Part shown: piece by piece, positions 37,896 through 47,669 of the stretch
Position numbering within the stretch: the stretch's first letter is position 1
How the letters are laid out: each line of letters opens with the position of its first letter
From: a virus
Strand: one strand, 5' to 3'
DNA: 64,000 nt
Virus record (IMG/VR): IMGVR_UViG_3300033156_000150
Coordinates: 20,947 to 84,946 of that record
Notes under the pieces: model-generated
What the model was told of the DNA's origin: nothing
Database searches by the model: none
What the model saw: only the letters and a program-made list of their open reading frames with translations
Position numbers and translations under genes: made by a program

Positions 37896-38363
37896 ATGTC
37901 TGTTATGTCATACGAGCAAGTTGAACCTCTGCTCAACAAGAAGGCATGGGAGTTTAGTCTTGCCCATGCGATTGACTGGGAGGAGTGCAAGTCAGCGGCC
38001 AATGAGGGATACGTTGTTGCAGTAAGGACCTATGACGAAACTCGTGCTTCCTTCACCACACACCTCTACTGGAAGGTGCGGGGAGCGCTCACCAGGTTGC
38101 TTGAGCGTGCTAGGCACGATAAGCGAGTTGTCCTGTGCGATCTGTCGCACGTTGCGGAAGCCCCTCCACTACGGCTCTTATCCGAGGACGCTTCCGCGAT
38201 TGTACGGATGGTTGCAGAGTCCCCGGCGGAGCTCAAGCGAGCTCTACGAAGGGGAGGACGCGAAGGGGCAAAGCGCTGGCTAGCAAAGCGTGCAAAGAAG
38301 AAAGGTATGAGCTTGGCACAAGTGATTTCTGCGTTTGACGAGTTCACCGATTTGTTCAATTGA
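37896..38363 (+). CDS. Sigma-factor region-2-like protein
   Basis: WEECKSAANEGYVVAVRTYDETRASFTTHLYWKVRG. Confidence 0.6.
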   Translation: MSVMSYEQVEPLLNKKAWEFSLAHAIDWEECKSAANEGYVVAVRTYDETRASFTTHLYWKVRGALTRLLERARHDKRVVLCDLSHVAEAPPLRLLSEDASAIVRMVAESPAELKRALRRGGREGAKRWLAKRAKKKGMSLAQVISAFDEFTDLFN

Positions 38364-38374
38364 GGAGCGTAGTC

Positions 38375-38554
38375 ATGCGGATTGCGCTGAAGGTGAAAAA
38401 GATTGGCAAAAAGTGGTGGATCGTCGGGGATGAGGACTATGGGGCCTATGGCCCTTATGATACAAAGCATGAGGCGGAGAGCGACAGGAGGGGAGTCCTG
38501 CGCTGCTTACGGGAAATGGAAGAAGATGAACGGAAGGAAAAACACACTCATTGA
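38375..38554 (+). CDS. Small hypothetical protein
   Basis: GAGGAG RBS; GPYDTKHEAE motif. Confidence 0.6.
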   Translation: MRIALKVKKIGKKWWIVGDEDYGAYGPYDTKHEAESDRRGVLRCLREMEEDERKEKHTH

Positions 38555-39914
38555 TTTCCGGTCGTGCCGTCCGTACCGGTTCCAGAGGCAAGACTTGTGC
38601 AGAATAACAAGTCTTGGCGGCCGTGTGCTTCTGGCCTACGAAATGGGACTGGGAAAGACGCTGATGAGCCTATGGTGGATAGGAGCACGACGGGATAGGC
38701 TTCCGGCTGTGGTAGTGTGCCCAGCCGTGGTAAAATACCAATGGGAGGTTGAGTGTAAGAGAGCTTTGCACGCTACCCCAGTCGTGCTTTCGGGGAGAAA
38801 GGCCCGCCCCTTAGGCTACTGCGATCTGGCGATCATCAACTACGACGTGCTTGACTGTTGGATTGAGGAGCTGAGGCGCATGCGCCCTCGGACAGTAGTG
38901 CTTGACGAGTGTCACTATGTGAAGAATCCCAAGGCAAAGCGTACAAAGGCCGCTCGACGCTTGTGCTACAAGGTGCCGAACATACTAGCGTTGAGCGGCA
39001 CTCCTCTGCTCAACAAACCTATTGAACTATGGCCCATCCTCAACATCCTATATCCGGCAATCTGGCGGTCCAGGTGGCACTTCGCACATCGCTATTGCGG
39101 GCCACAGCTGACGCCATGGGGATGGAAGTTCGACGGAGCAACTAGGGTAAAGGAGTTGCACAAGAAGCTGACGGATACGTGCATGGTACGCCGGCGCAAG
39201 GCTGAAGTCATTGAGGACCTACCCCACAAAACAAGGTGTGTTGTGCCGATTGAACTTGATGATGCGGCAAGGCGGGAATACGAGCGCGCCCGGTTAGACT
39301 TCATAGCCTGGCTGCGTGAGCGCGACCCGCAAGCAGCGTTACGAGCAAAGAGGGCGGAGTCCATAACCAAGCTGTCCTACTTGCTTCAGCTCATAGCAAA
39401 GCACAAGGCAAACTTCGTAGCCAGTTGGATAAACGATTGGCTACAGGAGAGCGATGGAAAGTTAGCCGTGTTCGTGCGTCACCACGAAATGACTGATACG
39501 CTGGTGGCTGCTTGCAAGGAAGCAGTGGTGATCGACGGCAGGGAAACGCAAGCGAAACGGCAAGCCGCGCTGCGAGCATTCAAGGAGGGACCGAACAGGG
39601 TACTGATTGGGAGCATCGACGTCGCTGGTGTAGGACTCAATTTGCAGGACGTGTGCAACACGGTTGCATTTGTGGAGCTATCGTTTCGACCAGCAGACCA
39701 TTTGCAAGCGGAAGACCGCGTGCATCGCATTGGTTCCACTGCTCCTGTGTGGGTGTACTACTTGATTGCAAGGGACACGTTGGAGGAGAAGCTGTGCCGC
39801 ATTATCCAAAGCAAGCAAAGCACCATATCAAGTGTGCTTGACGGAGACGAGGACGTGAGTGGACTTGATGTTTTTGACCAATTGTTAAAGGAGGTGTACG
39901 ATGACAACTCGTAA
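38526..39914 (+). CDS. SNF2-family (HARP-like) helicase
   Basis: EMGLGKT, LDECH, LSGTP, GVGLNL and QAEDRVHRIG. Confidence 0.92.
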   Translation: MNGRKNTLIDFRSCRPYRFQRQDLCRITSLGGRVLLAYEMGLGKTLMSLWWIGARRDRLPAVVVCPAVVKYQWEVECKRALHATPVVLSGRKARPLGYCDLAIINYDVLDCWIEELRRMRPRTVVLDECHYVKNPKAKRTKAARRLCYKVPNILALSGTPLLNKPIELWPILNILYPAIWRSRWHFAHRYCGPQLTPWGWKFDGATRVKELHKKLTDTCMVRRRKAEVIEDLPHKTRCVVPIELDDAARREYERARLDFIAWLRERDPQAALRAKRAESITKLSYLLQLIAKHKANFVASWINDWLQESDGKLAVFVRHHEMTDTLVAACKEAVVIDGRETQAKRQAALRAFKEGPNRVLIGSIDVAGVGLNLQDVCNTVAFVELSFRPADHLQAEDRVHRIGSTAPVWVYYLIARDTLEEKLCRIIQSKQSTISSVLDGDEDVSGLDVFDQLLKEVYDDNS

Positions 39915-40518
39915 CATGTCTCCGCGACAAGTGCTTGACCTGAACATTCCGCACAAGGAAGCTGCTGCTCTGTTGGGAGTATCAGCCCGATGTGTTGCAA
40001 AGGCACGTCAAGCACTGCGAGGATTGGGCGGCAAGAGCGCCCTGGGCAAAGTTACTGCTCTTGATCCTGTTGACGTTGACGTCGACAAAGTGACTGCGCA
40101 AGAGCAAGCATACACTCAATTCCTTGAAGCCATGGAAGCCCACAAACAGGCAGGGAAAGCATACCGACGTTGGAAGTCCTTGGTAGATGAACAAGCAATT
40201 CAGGACTACCACGAGCTGGTATCATGTACGGAGGCAGAACGGGAAGCATGGGACGAGAGGACCCGGGAGTTGTTTGCCAGTGCAAAGCAGCGCGTCACGG
40301 AGATGCGACAGGCAGCCACGGAGTTCCTGCGATGGACGGCGGCTTGCGAGCAGCTCGGGCGCCCTTATCCCACTGGCGATCGGTGGGAGGATTACAAAAA
40401 AGCCATGGAGGGGTCGCGGAAAAAAGTGAAGCCGAAGAAGGCAAAGAAAGAAACCCTTGACTTGCTGGCTTCAAAAAAGCCCAGCAAACGACAACTGATG
40501 GAGGCAGCCGGGAAATGA
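39901..40518 (+). CDS. Hypothetical protein with N-terminal HTH
   Basis: HKEAAALLGVSARCVAKAR. Confidence 0.6.
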   Translation: MTTRNMSPRQVLDLNIPHKEAAALLGVSARCVAKARQALRGLGGKSALGKVTALDPVDVDVDKVTAQEQAYTQFLEAMEAHKQAGKAYRRWKSLVDEQAIQDYHELVSCTEAEREAWDERTRELFASAKQRVTEMRQAATEFLRWTAACEQLGRPYPTGDRWEDYKKAMEGSRKKVKPKKAKKETLDLLASKKPSKRQLMEAAGK

Positions 40519-41399
40519 TAGAAGACATCCTGAGGAATGCGGGTGTCAGCTACAAGAGGGGAGGAGAACACAGGCACGTGCGGCCGGGTTGGGTTGGAGT
40601 TGACTGCCCAAGGTGCGGCCCGAACTCCGGGAAGTATCACTTGGGAATCAACACCCGGCTCGGCCGCGCTGTCTGTTGGAAGTGCGGCCGATGGGACTTG
40701 GCTGAAGCCCTGTCCGCCGTAGCTCACCTGCAAATGTCCGAGGCAATCCGGATTGCCAAAGCGATACGCCATGGGAGGGCTGCGTCGGAGGACAAGCCGA
40801 TACGCCGAGCTCGCGTCAAAGTGCCAAAGGATGTCGGCCCGCTGCGAGAACCCCACAAGCGATATCTGCGCAAGCGGAGATTTGACCCGGATAAACTTGT
40901 TGACACATGGCGCATACAGGGAGCAGGGCCATGGTCAGACAGGATTCCGTGGCGCATCTTCATCCCAATCTACCTGGACGAGCGAATGGTGAGCTGGACA
41001 TCACGGAGCATTGTTGATGGTGTGCCAAGCAAATACGTTTCAGCAAAGTCTGATGAGGAGGAGGTGAAGCACAAGCACATCCTCTACGGCGAGGACTACA
41101 CGTGGCACTCCGTCATAGTTGTGGAGGGGCCGCTGGATGCATGGCGAATTGGCCCTGGCGCCGTCGCTTTGTTCGGCATCCCGTTCACGTCAGCTCAGAT
41201 AGCAAGACTAGCAAGGTATGCCCGACGCGCCATTGTGTTGGACCGGGAGAAGGAGGCGCAGCGGCACGCCAAGCGATTGGCAAATGCGTTGTCCCCGTTT
41301 CCTGGTGAAACAGTTGTGGTGCAACTAGAAACGGGGGACGATCCTGCTGAAGCTGACGAGGAAGAGTTGGAGGAGCTAAGGCGGTTGTTCATTGGTTAG
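40515..41399 (+). CDS. DNA primase (Zn finger + TOPRIM)
   Basis: CPRC..CWKC; VVEGPLDA; LDRE; DPAE. Confidence 0.85.
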   Translation: MIEDILRNAGVSYKRGGEHRHVRPGWVGVDCPRCGPNSGKYHLGINTRLGRAVCWKCGRWDLAEALSAVAHLQMSEAIRIAKAIRHGRAASEDKPIRRARVKVPKDVGPLREPHKRYLRKRRFDPDKLVDTWRIQGAGPWSDRIPWRIFIPIYLDERMVSWTSRSIVDGVPSKYVSAKSDEEEVKHKHILYGEDYTWHSVIVVEGPLDAWRIGPGAVALFGIPFTSAQIARLARYARRAIVLDREKEAQRHAKRLANALSPFPGETVVVQLETGDDPAEADEEELEELRRLFIG

Positions 41400-41421
41400 G
41401 CTAAGCAAGGAGGAAGTACAA

Positions 41422-42357
41422 GTGACAGACATGCCGCAACGACAGTTTAGGGGATGGTGGATCCCTGTTGAAATAGTTGACTTGTTTCAAGAAGGAACAA
41501 TCAACGCGAAGGAAACACTGTTGCTGGCGACGATCGATAGCTTTGTCGTAAGCGGGTCAGGGTGCTTTGCAACGAATACGTACCTTGGTCAGTGCATCCA
41601 TGCAAGCCCAGTGTCAGTGTCCCACATGATAACGAAGCTCCGGAGGTTGGGGCTGTTGGAGCATGAGGTGGTTTTTGATGAACAAACGGGGAGGAGCGTA
41701 AGGCTGCTGAGAACGTGCTACTCAAGCATCAACCACCTAGTCAAAAACAACTATCCCACTAATGGGGCATTGTTAAAAACGACTAGGGCCCCTAGTCGTT
41801 TTTTACTATCCCCCAAAAGTACGAAAGACCCCAAAACTCCCAGCAAAACGAGCGATAATCGTGCTAAAAAGAGGTCCTATTATACAAGTGTATTAAACAA
41901 TACTCCATCTACTGACGTAGATGGAGCATCGGGTGGGGCAAGCCACCCGATGGATCACCCGTCCTTTGGAATCAATGATACATGCATGGAGTTAGCTGAA
42001 AAGTTATTGGCACGGCTGCGCTCTGTGGACCACGACCTGGTTCATTACCGCCGCACAAAGAAAGGCCACGTCCGACGTCCCGTAGTTTCCCGTACAATCG
42101 CAGCAGAGCTGGCTAGGCTGCTAAGAGACGAGCGTTGCACAGAATCCGAGCTACGGGAAATCATCGCATGGTACGCTGCAAATTACGGAAGGCCGTATGT
42201 GCCCGTCCTGCGTTCCGTAAAGGACCTCTACAATAGATGGCACTCGATCGTGATGGCGAAGCAGCGCGCGGAGGAGAACGGGGAGGTTGCCGTTGAACCA
42301 TGGGATGATGATGAAGCTGAGGATACAAGCGCTGACGATTGGAAGGACAAGGTCTGA
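41422..42357 (+). CDS. Replication initiator-like protein (winged HTH)
   Basis: GCFATNTYLG..VSHMITKLRRLGLL; low-complexity linker holding repeats; precedes the helicase. Confidence 0.7.
   Translation: MTDMPQRQFRGWWIPVEIVDLFQEGTINAKETLLLATIDSFVVSGSGCFATNTYLGQCIHASPVSVSHMITKLRRLGLLEHEVVFDEQTGRSVRLLRTCYSSINHLVKNNYPTNGALLKTTRAPSRFLLSPKSTKDPKTPSKTSDNRAKKRSYYTSVLNNTPSTDVDGASGGASHPMDHPSFGINDTCMELAEKLLARLRSVDHDLVHYRRTKKGHVRRPVVSRTIAAELARLLRDERCTESELREIIAWYAANYGRPYVPVLRSVKDLYNRWHSIVMAKQRAEENGEVAVEPWDDDEAEDTSADDWKDKV
41738..41808. repeat. Iteron-like repeats, candidate replication origin
   Basis: TAGTCAAAAACAACTA, TTGTTAAAAACGACTA and inverted TAGTAAAAAACGACTA; 14-bp perfect inverted repeat at 41775-41803. 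Confidence 0.6.
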
Positions 42358-43727
42358 TGCGTGCAACCGTCATGGATACCAATCTCAGGCGTGTTGTCAT
42401 TGGAGCAATCACAAGCTCTAGCGTGTGTGCGTTGTTGTCCCAGCAATGGTCGCAATTTGGACTGTTCGATACGGCTTGGGCCAACGTCATTGTTGGGTGG
42501 TGTGTTGAGTTCTGGCGTCGCTACGGACAAGCGCCTGGTGGAAACTTGGAGGGATTGTTTCAGGATTGGTTGGAATCGGCCAACCCAGACGAGGGACTAC
42601 GTATTGCCGTTGATACGTTTCTTTCCGGGTTGGATGATCAGGAGCTTACAAGGTGGGACGAGAGCTACTTACTGGACCTCACCAAGCAACACATCGCAAG
42701 GACAAAGATCCAAAAAGCAATAGCGGATGCTGAAGCAGCGCTCGACAGGAACGACATTGATCAAGCACGCCGGCATCTGGCTGCCGCTGATGAAATTGGA
42801 TTGAGCGATGGGAGCTTAGTAAAGCCAGGGGAGTCGTTCAAATGCTGGCGCGAAGCATTTGACGTGTCCATGGACCGGCAGTTGGTTCGTTACCCAGGTC
42901 CATTGGACAAGTTCCTGGGAGACGCCATGGTGAAGGGAGCGTTCGTGTCCTTCATGGGGCCGGACAAGATAGGCAAGTCGTATGTGCTGTTGGATTTGGC
43001 ATACAGGGCTGTCCGCAATGGGTGCCGCGTCGCGTTCTTTGACACTGGAGACATGACCCGCTCGGATGTGTTGAAGCGATTGGGATGTAGGGCAGCGGGC
43101 AAGCCGCTCAAGCCAGGGAAGGTCCGCTATCCAGTCCGGGTTGCTGATGGTGAGGTGATTTACAAGACGTTGGAGTTCAAGGAGGGACTGACGGACATTG
43201 AGGCGTTCCGTGCCTTCCAGAAGGCTACGCGAAACGGGGACCGGTTGCGCATTTGCAATCATCCCAACGGCACCATCAGCATTGCGGGGATTGCCAATGC
43301 CGTGCAATGTTGGATCCGTGAGGAGGGGTGGAAGCCAGACGTGCTGGTTGTCGACTATGCGGATATTCTTGCCCCAGTCACAAAAACAAGGGACGTGCTG
43401 GAGAGCATTGACGAGACGTGGCGTTACATGCGCAGGGTGTCGCAGGAGTACGAGATGCTTGTGGTGACAGCGACCCAGAGTAGTGCTCTGGCCTACAAGA
43501 CCGGACAGCAGGTCCTTGGAAAACGACACTTCAGTGGTCGTAAAACTAAACTCGCTCACGTCACCGGGATGGTTGGCTTGAATTCGTTTCAGGGCGATTC
43601 CACAAGGGGCATAATTCGTTTCAATTGGATCGTGCGGAGGGACAGATTATTCAGCGAAGGTCGTATAATATCTGCGGCCGGGTGTCTTGCACTGTCCCGC
43701 CCAGTCGTACTAAGTTGGAAAGGTTAG
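42357..43727 (+). CDS. DnaB-like replicative helicase
   Basis: GPDKIGKS, LVVDYADIL, VVTATQ. Confidence 0.85.
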   Translation: MRATVMDTNLRRVVIGAITSSSVCALLSQQWSQFGLFDTAWANVIVGWCVEFWRRYGQAPGGNLEGLFQDWLESANPDEGLRIAVDTFLSGLDDQELTRWDESYLLDLTKQHIARTKIQKAIADAEAALDRNDIDQARRHLAAADEIGLSDGSLVKPGESFKCWREAFDVSMDRQLVRYPGPLDKFLGDAMVKGAFVSFMGPDKIGKSYVLLDLAYRAVRNGCRVAFFDTGDMTRSDVLKRLGCRAAGKPLKPGKVRYPVRVADGEVIYKTLEFKEGLTDIEAFRAFQKATRNGDRLRICNHPNGTISIAGIANAVQCWIREEGWKPDVLVVDYADILAPVTKTRDVLESIDETWRYMRRVSQEYEMLVVTATQSSALAYKTGQQVLGKRHFSGRKTKLAHVTGMVGLNSFQGDSTRGIIRFNWIVRRDRLFSEGRIISAAGCLALSRPVVLSWKG

Positions 43728-43761
43728 TTTGAGTTTTGGACTCTAGAAGAAGGAGTGGACC

Positions 43762-44412
43762 ATGCGGATCACGAAAGATGACGCCGTTAGGTTGTGTGTG
43801 GCTCTAGGTTGGTCGAATGCCACGAAGTGGACTGACGAACGGCTCAAGCGTCGGTTGTCAGAAATGGCTGAGATTCTGGAGGGAGCGGACAGCTACATTG
43901 AGGAGGGAGACGTTCCTGACGATGAGGAGCGTAACTACCTCAATGGACTGATTGCTCAACTGGTAGCTGACAGTGGAGAAGTGGAGTTTGTTGAGAGCTA
44001 TGACGAGGCGCCAGCTGAGCAAGAGGAAGTTGAGGAAGTTTCTGCTCAGGCTGAAGTTGGAACTGAAGTTGAAGACGAAGTGGAGGAGCAGGAAGTCGAA
44101 GAGCAGCAGGAACAAGAAGCCGAGGAGCAAGAAGCTGAGGAGCCAGAGGAGGAGGTGGCTGAAGAGAAGCCCAAGGCTAAAGCCAAAGCCAAGAACAAGG
44201 CGAAGCGTGGCCGGAGAGCAAAGTCTGACAAGCAGCCAACGTGTCACTCCGTTTCCATGGATCTGCTGTGCAAGAATCCGGACATGGAATGGAAGGAGCT
44301 CAAAGAGACCCTGCAAAAGATGGGGCTGTTCCGGGACACGTCAGCTCGAACGGCATTCAACTTCGTCCGAGCCATTGTCCGGCGGCTGCGTCAGAATGGG
44401 CTAATGAAGTGA
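43762..44412 (+). CDS. Hypothetical protein with acidic then basic linker
   Basis: AAGGAG RBS; Glu-rich tract followed by KAKAKAK. Confidence 0.7.
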   Translation: MRITKDDAVRLCVALGWSNATKWTDERLKRRLSEMAEILEGADSYIEEGDVPDDEERNYLNGLIAQLVADSGEVEFVESYDEAPAEQEEVEEVSAQAEVGTEVEDEVEEQEVEEQQEQEAEEQEAEEPEEEVAEEKPKAKAKAKNKAKRGRRAKSDKQPTCHSVSMDLLCKNPDMEWKELKETLQKMGLFRDTSARTAFNFVRAIVRRLRQNGLMK

Positions 44413-44498
44413 GCCGGGTTGTCACGGCAGCGTCACGCCAGTCATAGGTATGGTAGCGAAGCTGGCGTGGCGCTGCTAATCATTAAGGAGGGTCAGCG

Positions 44499-44933
44499 AT
44501 GAAATATCAAGTGACTTATCAACATCAGTTTGATGCAGCTCATCGGTTGAAGGATTATGACGGTCCATGTGGGAACGTGCATGGCCATCGCTATGTTGTG
44601 GAGGTTACGGTAAGCGGACCGCTGAACGGGCAAGGAATGGTTATTGACTTCAACGAGCTCAAGTCCATCGTTGGTGGATACATCGACGCTAATTGGGACC
44701 ACGCACTCATCTTGTCAATCGGTGATCCAGACCGCTACAAGCTACCTGATTGGAAGCGTGTTTCGTATCTGCCGCAAGCTACTGCTGAGTGCATGGCTGC
44801 CCATTTGTTCCAAGTGGTAAAGAAACGACTGTCCCAACACCAAGCTAAGGTGGATTCTGCGCATCAAGTCAAGGTGGAGTCTGTGAAGGTGTGGGAGACG
44901 CCTGGATGTTACGTGGAGGTGACTGATGAGTAA
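44499..44933 (+). CDS. queD: 6-carboxytetrahydropterin synthase
   Basis: FDAAHRL, CGNVHGH, GMVIDF, WDH, TAE and WET. Confidence 0.95.
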   Translation: MKYQVTYQHQFDAAHRLKDYDGPCGNVHGHRYVVEVTVSGPLNGQGMVIDFNELKSIVGGYIDANWDHALILSIGDPDRYKLPDWKRVSYLPQATAECMAAHLFQVVKKRLSQHQAKVDSAHQVKVESVKVWETPGCYVEVTDE

Positions 44934-45555
44934 GCATGGAAACCGATACTTGATAAAGGAGATTTTCTACTCCATCCAGGGAGAGGGAGTCCAAGCAGGA
45001 AGAGCCGCCGTTTTCGTTAGGTTCTCTGGGTGCAACCTCAAGTGTAGAAAGGAGCAGCAAGGATTTGATTGCGACACGGATTTCAGCGATGGCGAAGAGC
45101 TTACGCTTGACGAGGTAGAGCAGAGGATATGGGAGGAGCTGAAGGAACATGGACACGAGGAGTGGCCTAATGAGCTGTTTATTGTGTTTACTGGTGGCGA
45201 ACCTGCGTTGCAGTTGGACGAGCACATGATCCGGCAGCTCTCAAGGCCGGGCGTGTTTCTTGCTATTGAAACCAATGGGACGCTACCGCTCCCTTCTGGT
45301 CTTGATTGGATTTGTGTCAGTCCTAAGAGGGGGACAAAGATTGTTGTTACCGAAGCTGACGAAGTCAAGTATGTGCTAAGCGACGGTCAGTTGCCGTTTG
45401 AGGTACCCACGAAGGCAAAGCATTGGATTGTGAGCCCGGCTGCTGAGGGTAACAAGTTGGTCCGTGACAACATTGCGTGGTGCCTCGGTATTGTGGCTGT
45501 GTGTCCCCGCTATAGGCTGAGCTTGCAGTTGCACAAGGTCCTTGGGCTTAGGTAG
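44926..45555 (+). CDS. queE: 7-carboxy-7-deazaguanine synthase (radical SAM)
   Basis: EIFYSIQGEG, FVRFSGCNLKC..CDTDF, TGGEP, IETNG, SPK and LSLQLHK. Confidence 0.95.
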   Translation: MSKHGNRYLIKEIFYSIQGEGVQAGRAAVFVRFSGCNLKCRKEQQGFDCDTDFSDGEELTLDEVEQRIWEELKEHGHEEWPNELFIVFTGGEPALQLDEHMIRQLSRPGVFLAIETNGTLPLPSGLDWICVSPKRGTKIVVTEADEVKYVLSDGQLPFEVPTKAKHWIVSPAAEGNKLVRDNIAWCLGIVAVCPRYRLSLQLHKVLGLR

Positions 45556-45564
45556 GAGGAAATC

Positions 45565-46373
45565 ATGGAACTATCATGGAACGACGTGGATTTGCGTGCT
45601 AGAAAATTGGCTGCTAAGCTACGCGACAAGGTTGACAGTGTCCGGGCCTATGGAGTGCCTAGAGGTGGGATTTATGCAGCGATGGCGTTGCGTTGGGCTG
45701 CTCAGGCACTTGGTTTTGATTGCACGCTAGTAAACAAGCCCGAGAGTGCTAACGTCATTGTTGATGACTTGATTGACAGTGGAGCAACAAAGCTGAAGTT
45801 CCAGCGCTATGGCGTTCCGTTTGTGGCGCTGGTGGACAAGAAGGCAGAAGGTATTAATGAATGGGTAATCTTTCCGTGGGAGACTATGCAAGGGGAAACT
45901 GGGCCGGAGGACTGTGTGCGGAGGCTGATTGAGTTTGTTGGGGATGACCCAAACAGAGAGGGATTGAGGGAAACACCTAGCCGAGTAATTCGTGCCTACA
46001 GGGAATTGTTCGCCGGTTACAAGCAGAAGCCCGAGGACGTCGTTAAGCTGTTTGTCGACGGCTTGCACATATAGCGTACATTCCAAATGGGAAAGTCATT
46101 GGTGTTTCGAAGCTGGCACGCATACTGGATATCTACACTCGGAGGTTGCAGATTCAGGAGCGGATTTGTCAGCAAGTAACGTCTGCAATTGAGAGGTTAG
46201 TGGAGCCGAAGGGCGCTGCTTGTATTTTGATTGCTAAGCACATGTGCATATCGTGTAGGGGAGTTCGGAAACAAAACACTGAAATGGTTACGTCCAGCTT
46301 GACGGGTGTCTTCAGGAATCCACAGCATTTGGCTCGGCAAGAGTTGTTGGCATTGGTGGAGATGCGGTCGTGA
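45565..46373 (+). pseudogene. folE: Phosphoribosyltransferase-GTP cyclohydrolase I fusion, frameshifted with internal deletion
   Basis: PRT motifs GVPRGG and IVDDLIDSGAT; FolE REGLRETPSRV; resumes in -1 frame at 46065 (AHIAYIPNGKVIGVSKLAR..LQIQE..HMC..RGV); the CEHH segment is missing. Confidence 0.8.
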
Positions 46374-47413
46374 TTATCTTTCACTCTGGATTTACTAACG
46401 TCGGGCGTGATGAGGTACCTGAGCAGCTTGACGCAAGGGCAAGCGTGCTGCTCACAATGTTTTACCACCAAAAGAAGCCGGATAAAACATGGCGCATTGA
46501 GTGGATGATCAACAAGCGTCGTACCGGCGAGTGGAAAGGGCAGTTGTTTTTAGACTCAGGCGCATTCTCACAAATGGTTGCAGCCAAGAAGATAGCAGCG
46601 GCTGGTGGGTCCAGATGGAGTTACTTCAACACGGATGAGTTTTGGGACTACTTGCGACGTTACGCCGAGTTCGTGAAACGCTATGAGCACGTGGTTGATT
46701 ACTATGCCAACCTCGATGTCATACAGAACCCGGAGCTGACGTATCGCAATCAAAAGGTTTTGGAAAACGAGTATGGATTGAAACCCATGCCCGTAGTTCA
46801 CTATCCGGCTCCGATTGAGTGGATAGAGCGGTACGTTAATGAGGGTTACAATTTGATTGGCCTTGGCATGGGAGGGATGGAAAGGAATATCTCCAGGGAG
46901 CAGTGGATACAACGCTGCTTTGATTGTGTAAGCAACTCATCTGGAGTGCCTACTGTAAAGTTTCATGGCTTTGGAATTGGCGGTCATAGGTTTATGTTTT
47001 CCTTCCCGTGGTGGTCCATAGATTCGACGTCATGGTTAATGGCGGGAATGAATGGAAGCATTCTAATGCCTAGGAAGGTGGGAGGGACATATGACTTTTG
47101 CAAGCCGCCGTGCCGAATAGCAACGTCTGTGTCCTCATCAACGAAGAGCGAAAGGAACAGACATTACTTCAACCTGAGTGAGCCGTCCAAGCGAAAGGTG
47201 AGGGAATGGCTGGATTACATTGGAGTTCCATTGGGTGAAGTGGAGGATGGCAAGGTTGTCAAGGAAGGTGTTGTAGGACATTTCCTTTACCGACTTAAGG
47301 CAAACCTCCGTTACTCGCTGCTTGTGGAGAGGTCTTTGCCCGAATGGCCCAATACGTGTGCTAGTAGGAAACGGGTTCCGGAGTTCAGTTTGCTAGAGAA
47401 AGGAGGTGCGTGA
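46370..47413 (+). CDS. TGT-fold transglycosylase-like protein (DpdA-like, probable DNA 7-deazaguanine insertion)
   Basis: [22 protein letters not shown] and [10 protein letters not shown]; adjacent to queD/queE/folE. Confidence 0.75.
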   Translation: MIIFHSGFTNVGRDEVPEQLDARASVLLTMFYHQKKPDKTWRIEWMINKRRTGEWKGQLFLDSGAFSQMVAAKKIAAAGGSRWSYFNTDEFWDYLRRYAEFVKRYEHVVDYYANLDVIQNPELTYRNQKVLENEYGLKPMPVVHYPAPIEWIERYVNEGYNLIGLGMGGMERNISREQWIQRCFDCVSNSSGVPTVKFHGFGIGGHRFMFSFPWWSIDSTSWLMAGMNGSILMPRKVGGTYDFCKPPCRIATSVSSSTKSERNRHYFNLSEPSKRKVREWLDYIGVPLGEVEDGKVVKEGVVGHFLYRLKANLRYSLLVERSLPEWPNTCASRKRVPEFSLLEKGGA

Positions 47414-47613
47414 TGTTGGTGCTTTCGCGCAAGCAAGGACAAGAGATTGTGATTGGTGACAACATCCGAATTGTGGTGTTGACGTGCGAGGGGACAGTAC
47501 GGTTGGGGATTGAAGCCCCGAAGGAAGTAGAGATTCACCGGCTCGAGGTAAAGCGAGCACAGGAGCGCATGAGAAAGAGTAGTGAGGACGCTTCCGAGTC
47601 CACTAACAAGTGA
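47413..47613 (+). CDS. csrA: Carbon storage regulator RNA-binding protein
   Basis: [32 protein letters not shown]. Confidence 0.93.
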   Translation: MLVLSRKQGQEIVIGDNIRIVVLTCEGTVRLGIEAPKEVEIHRLEVKRAQERMRKSSEDASESTNK

Positions 47614-47669
47614 GACGTCCCTGATGGGTCGTTGGGAGGTATTGTTCTCTAACTTCAGGGAGAGTGCAT

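Noticed and set aside
46040-46080. Programmed frameshift restoring FolE
   Set aside because: No slippery heptamer, and the catalytic CEHH segment is absent in all frames, so a shift would not restore the enzyme
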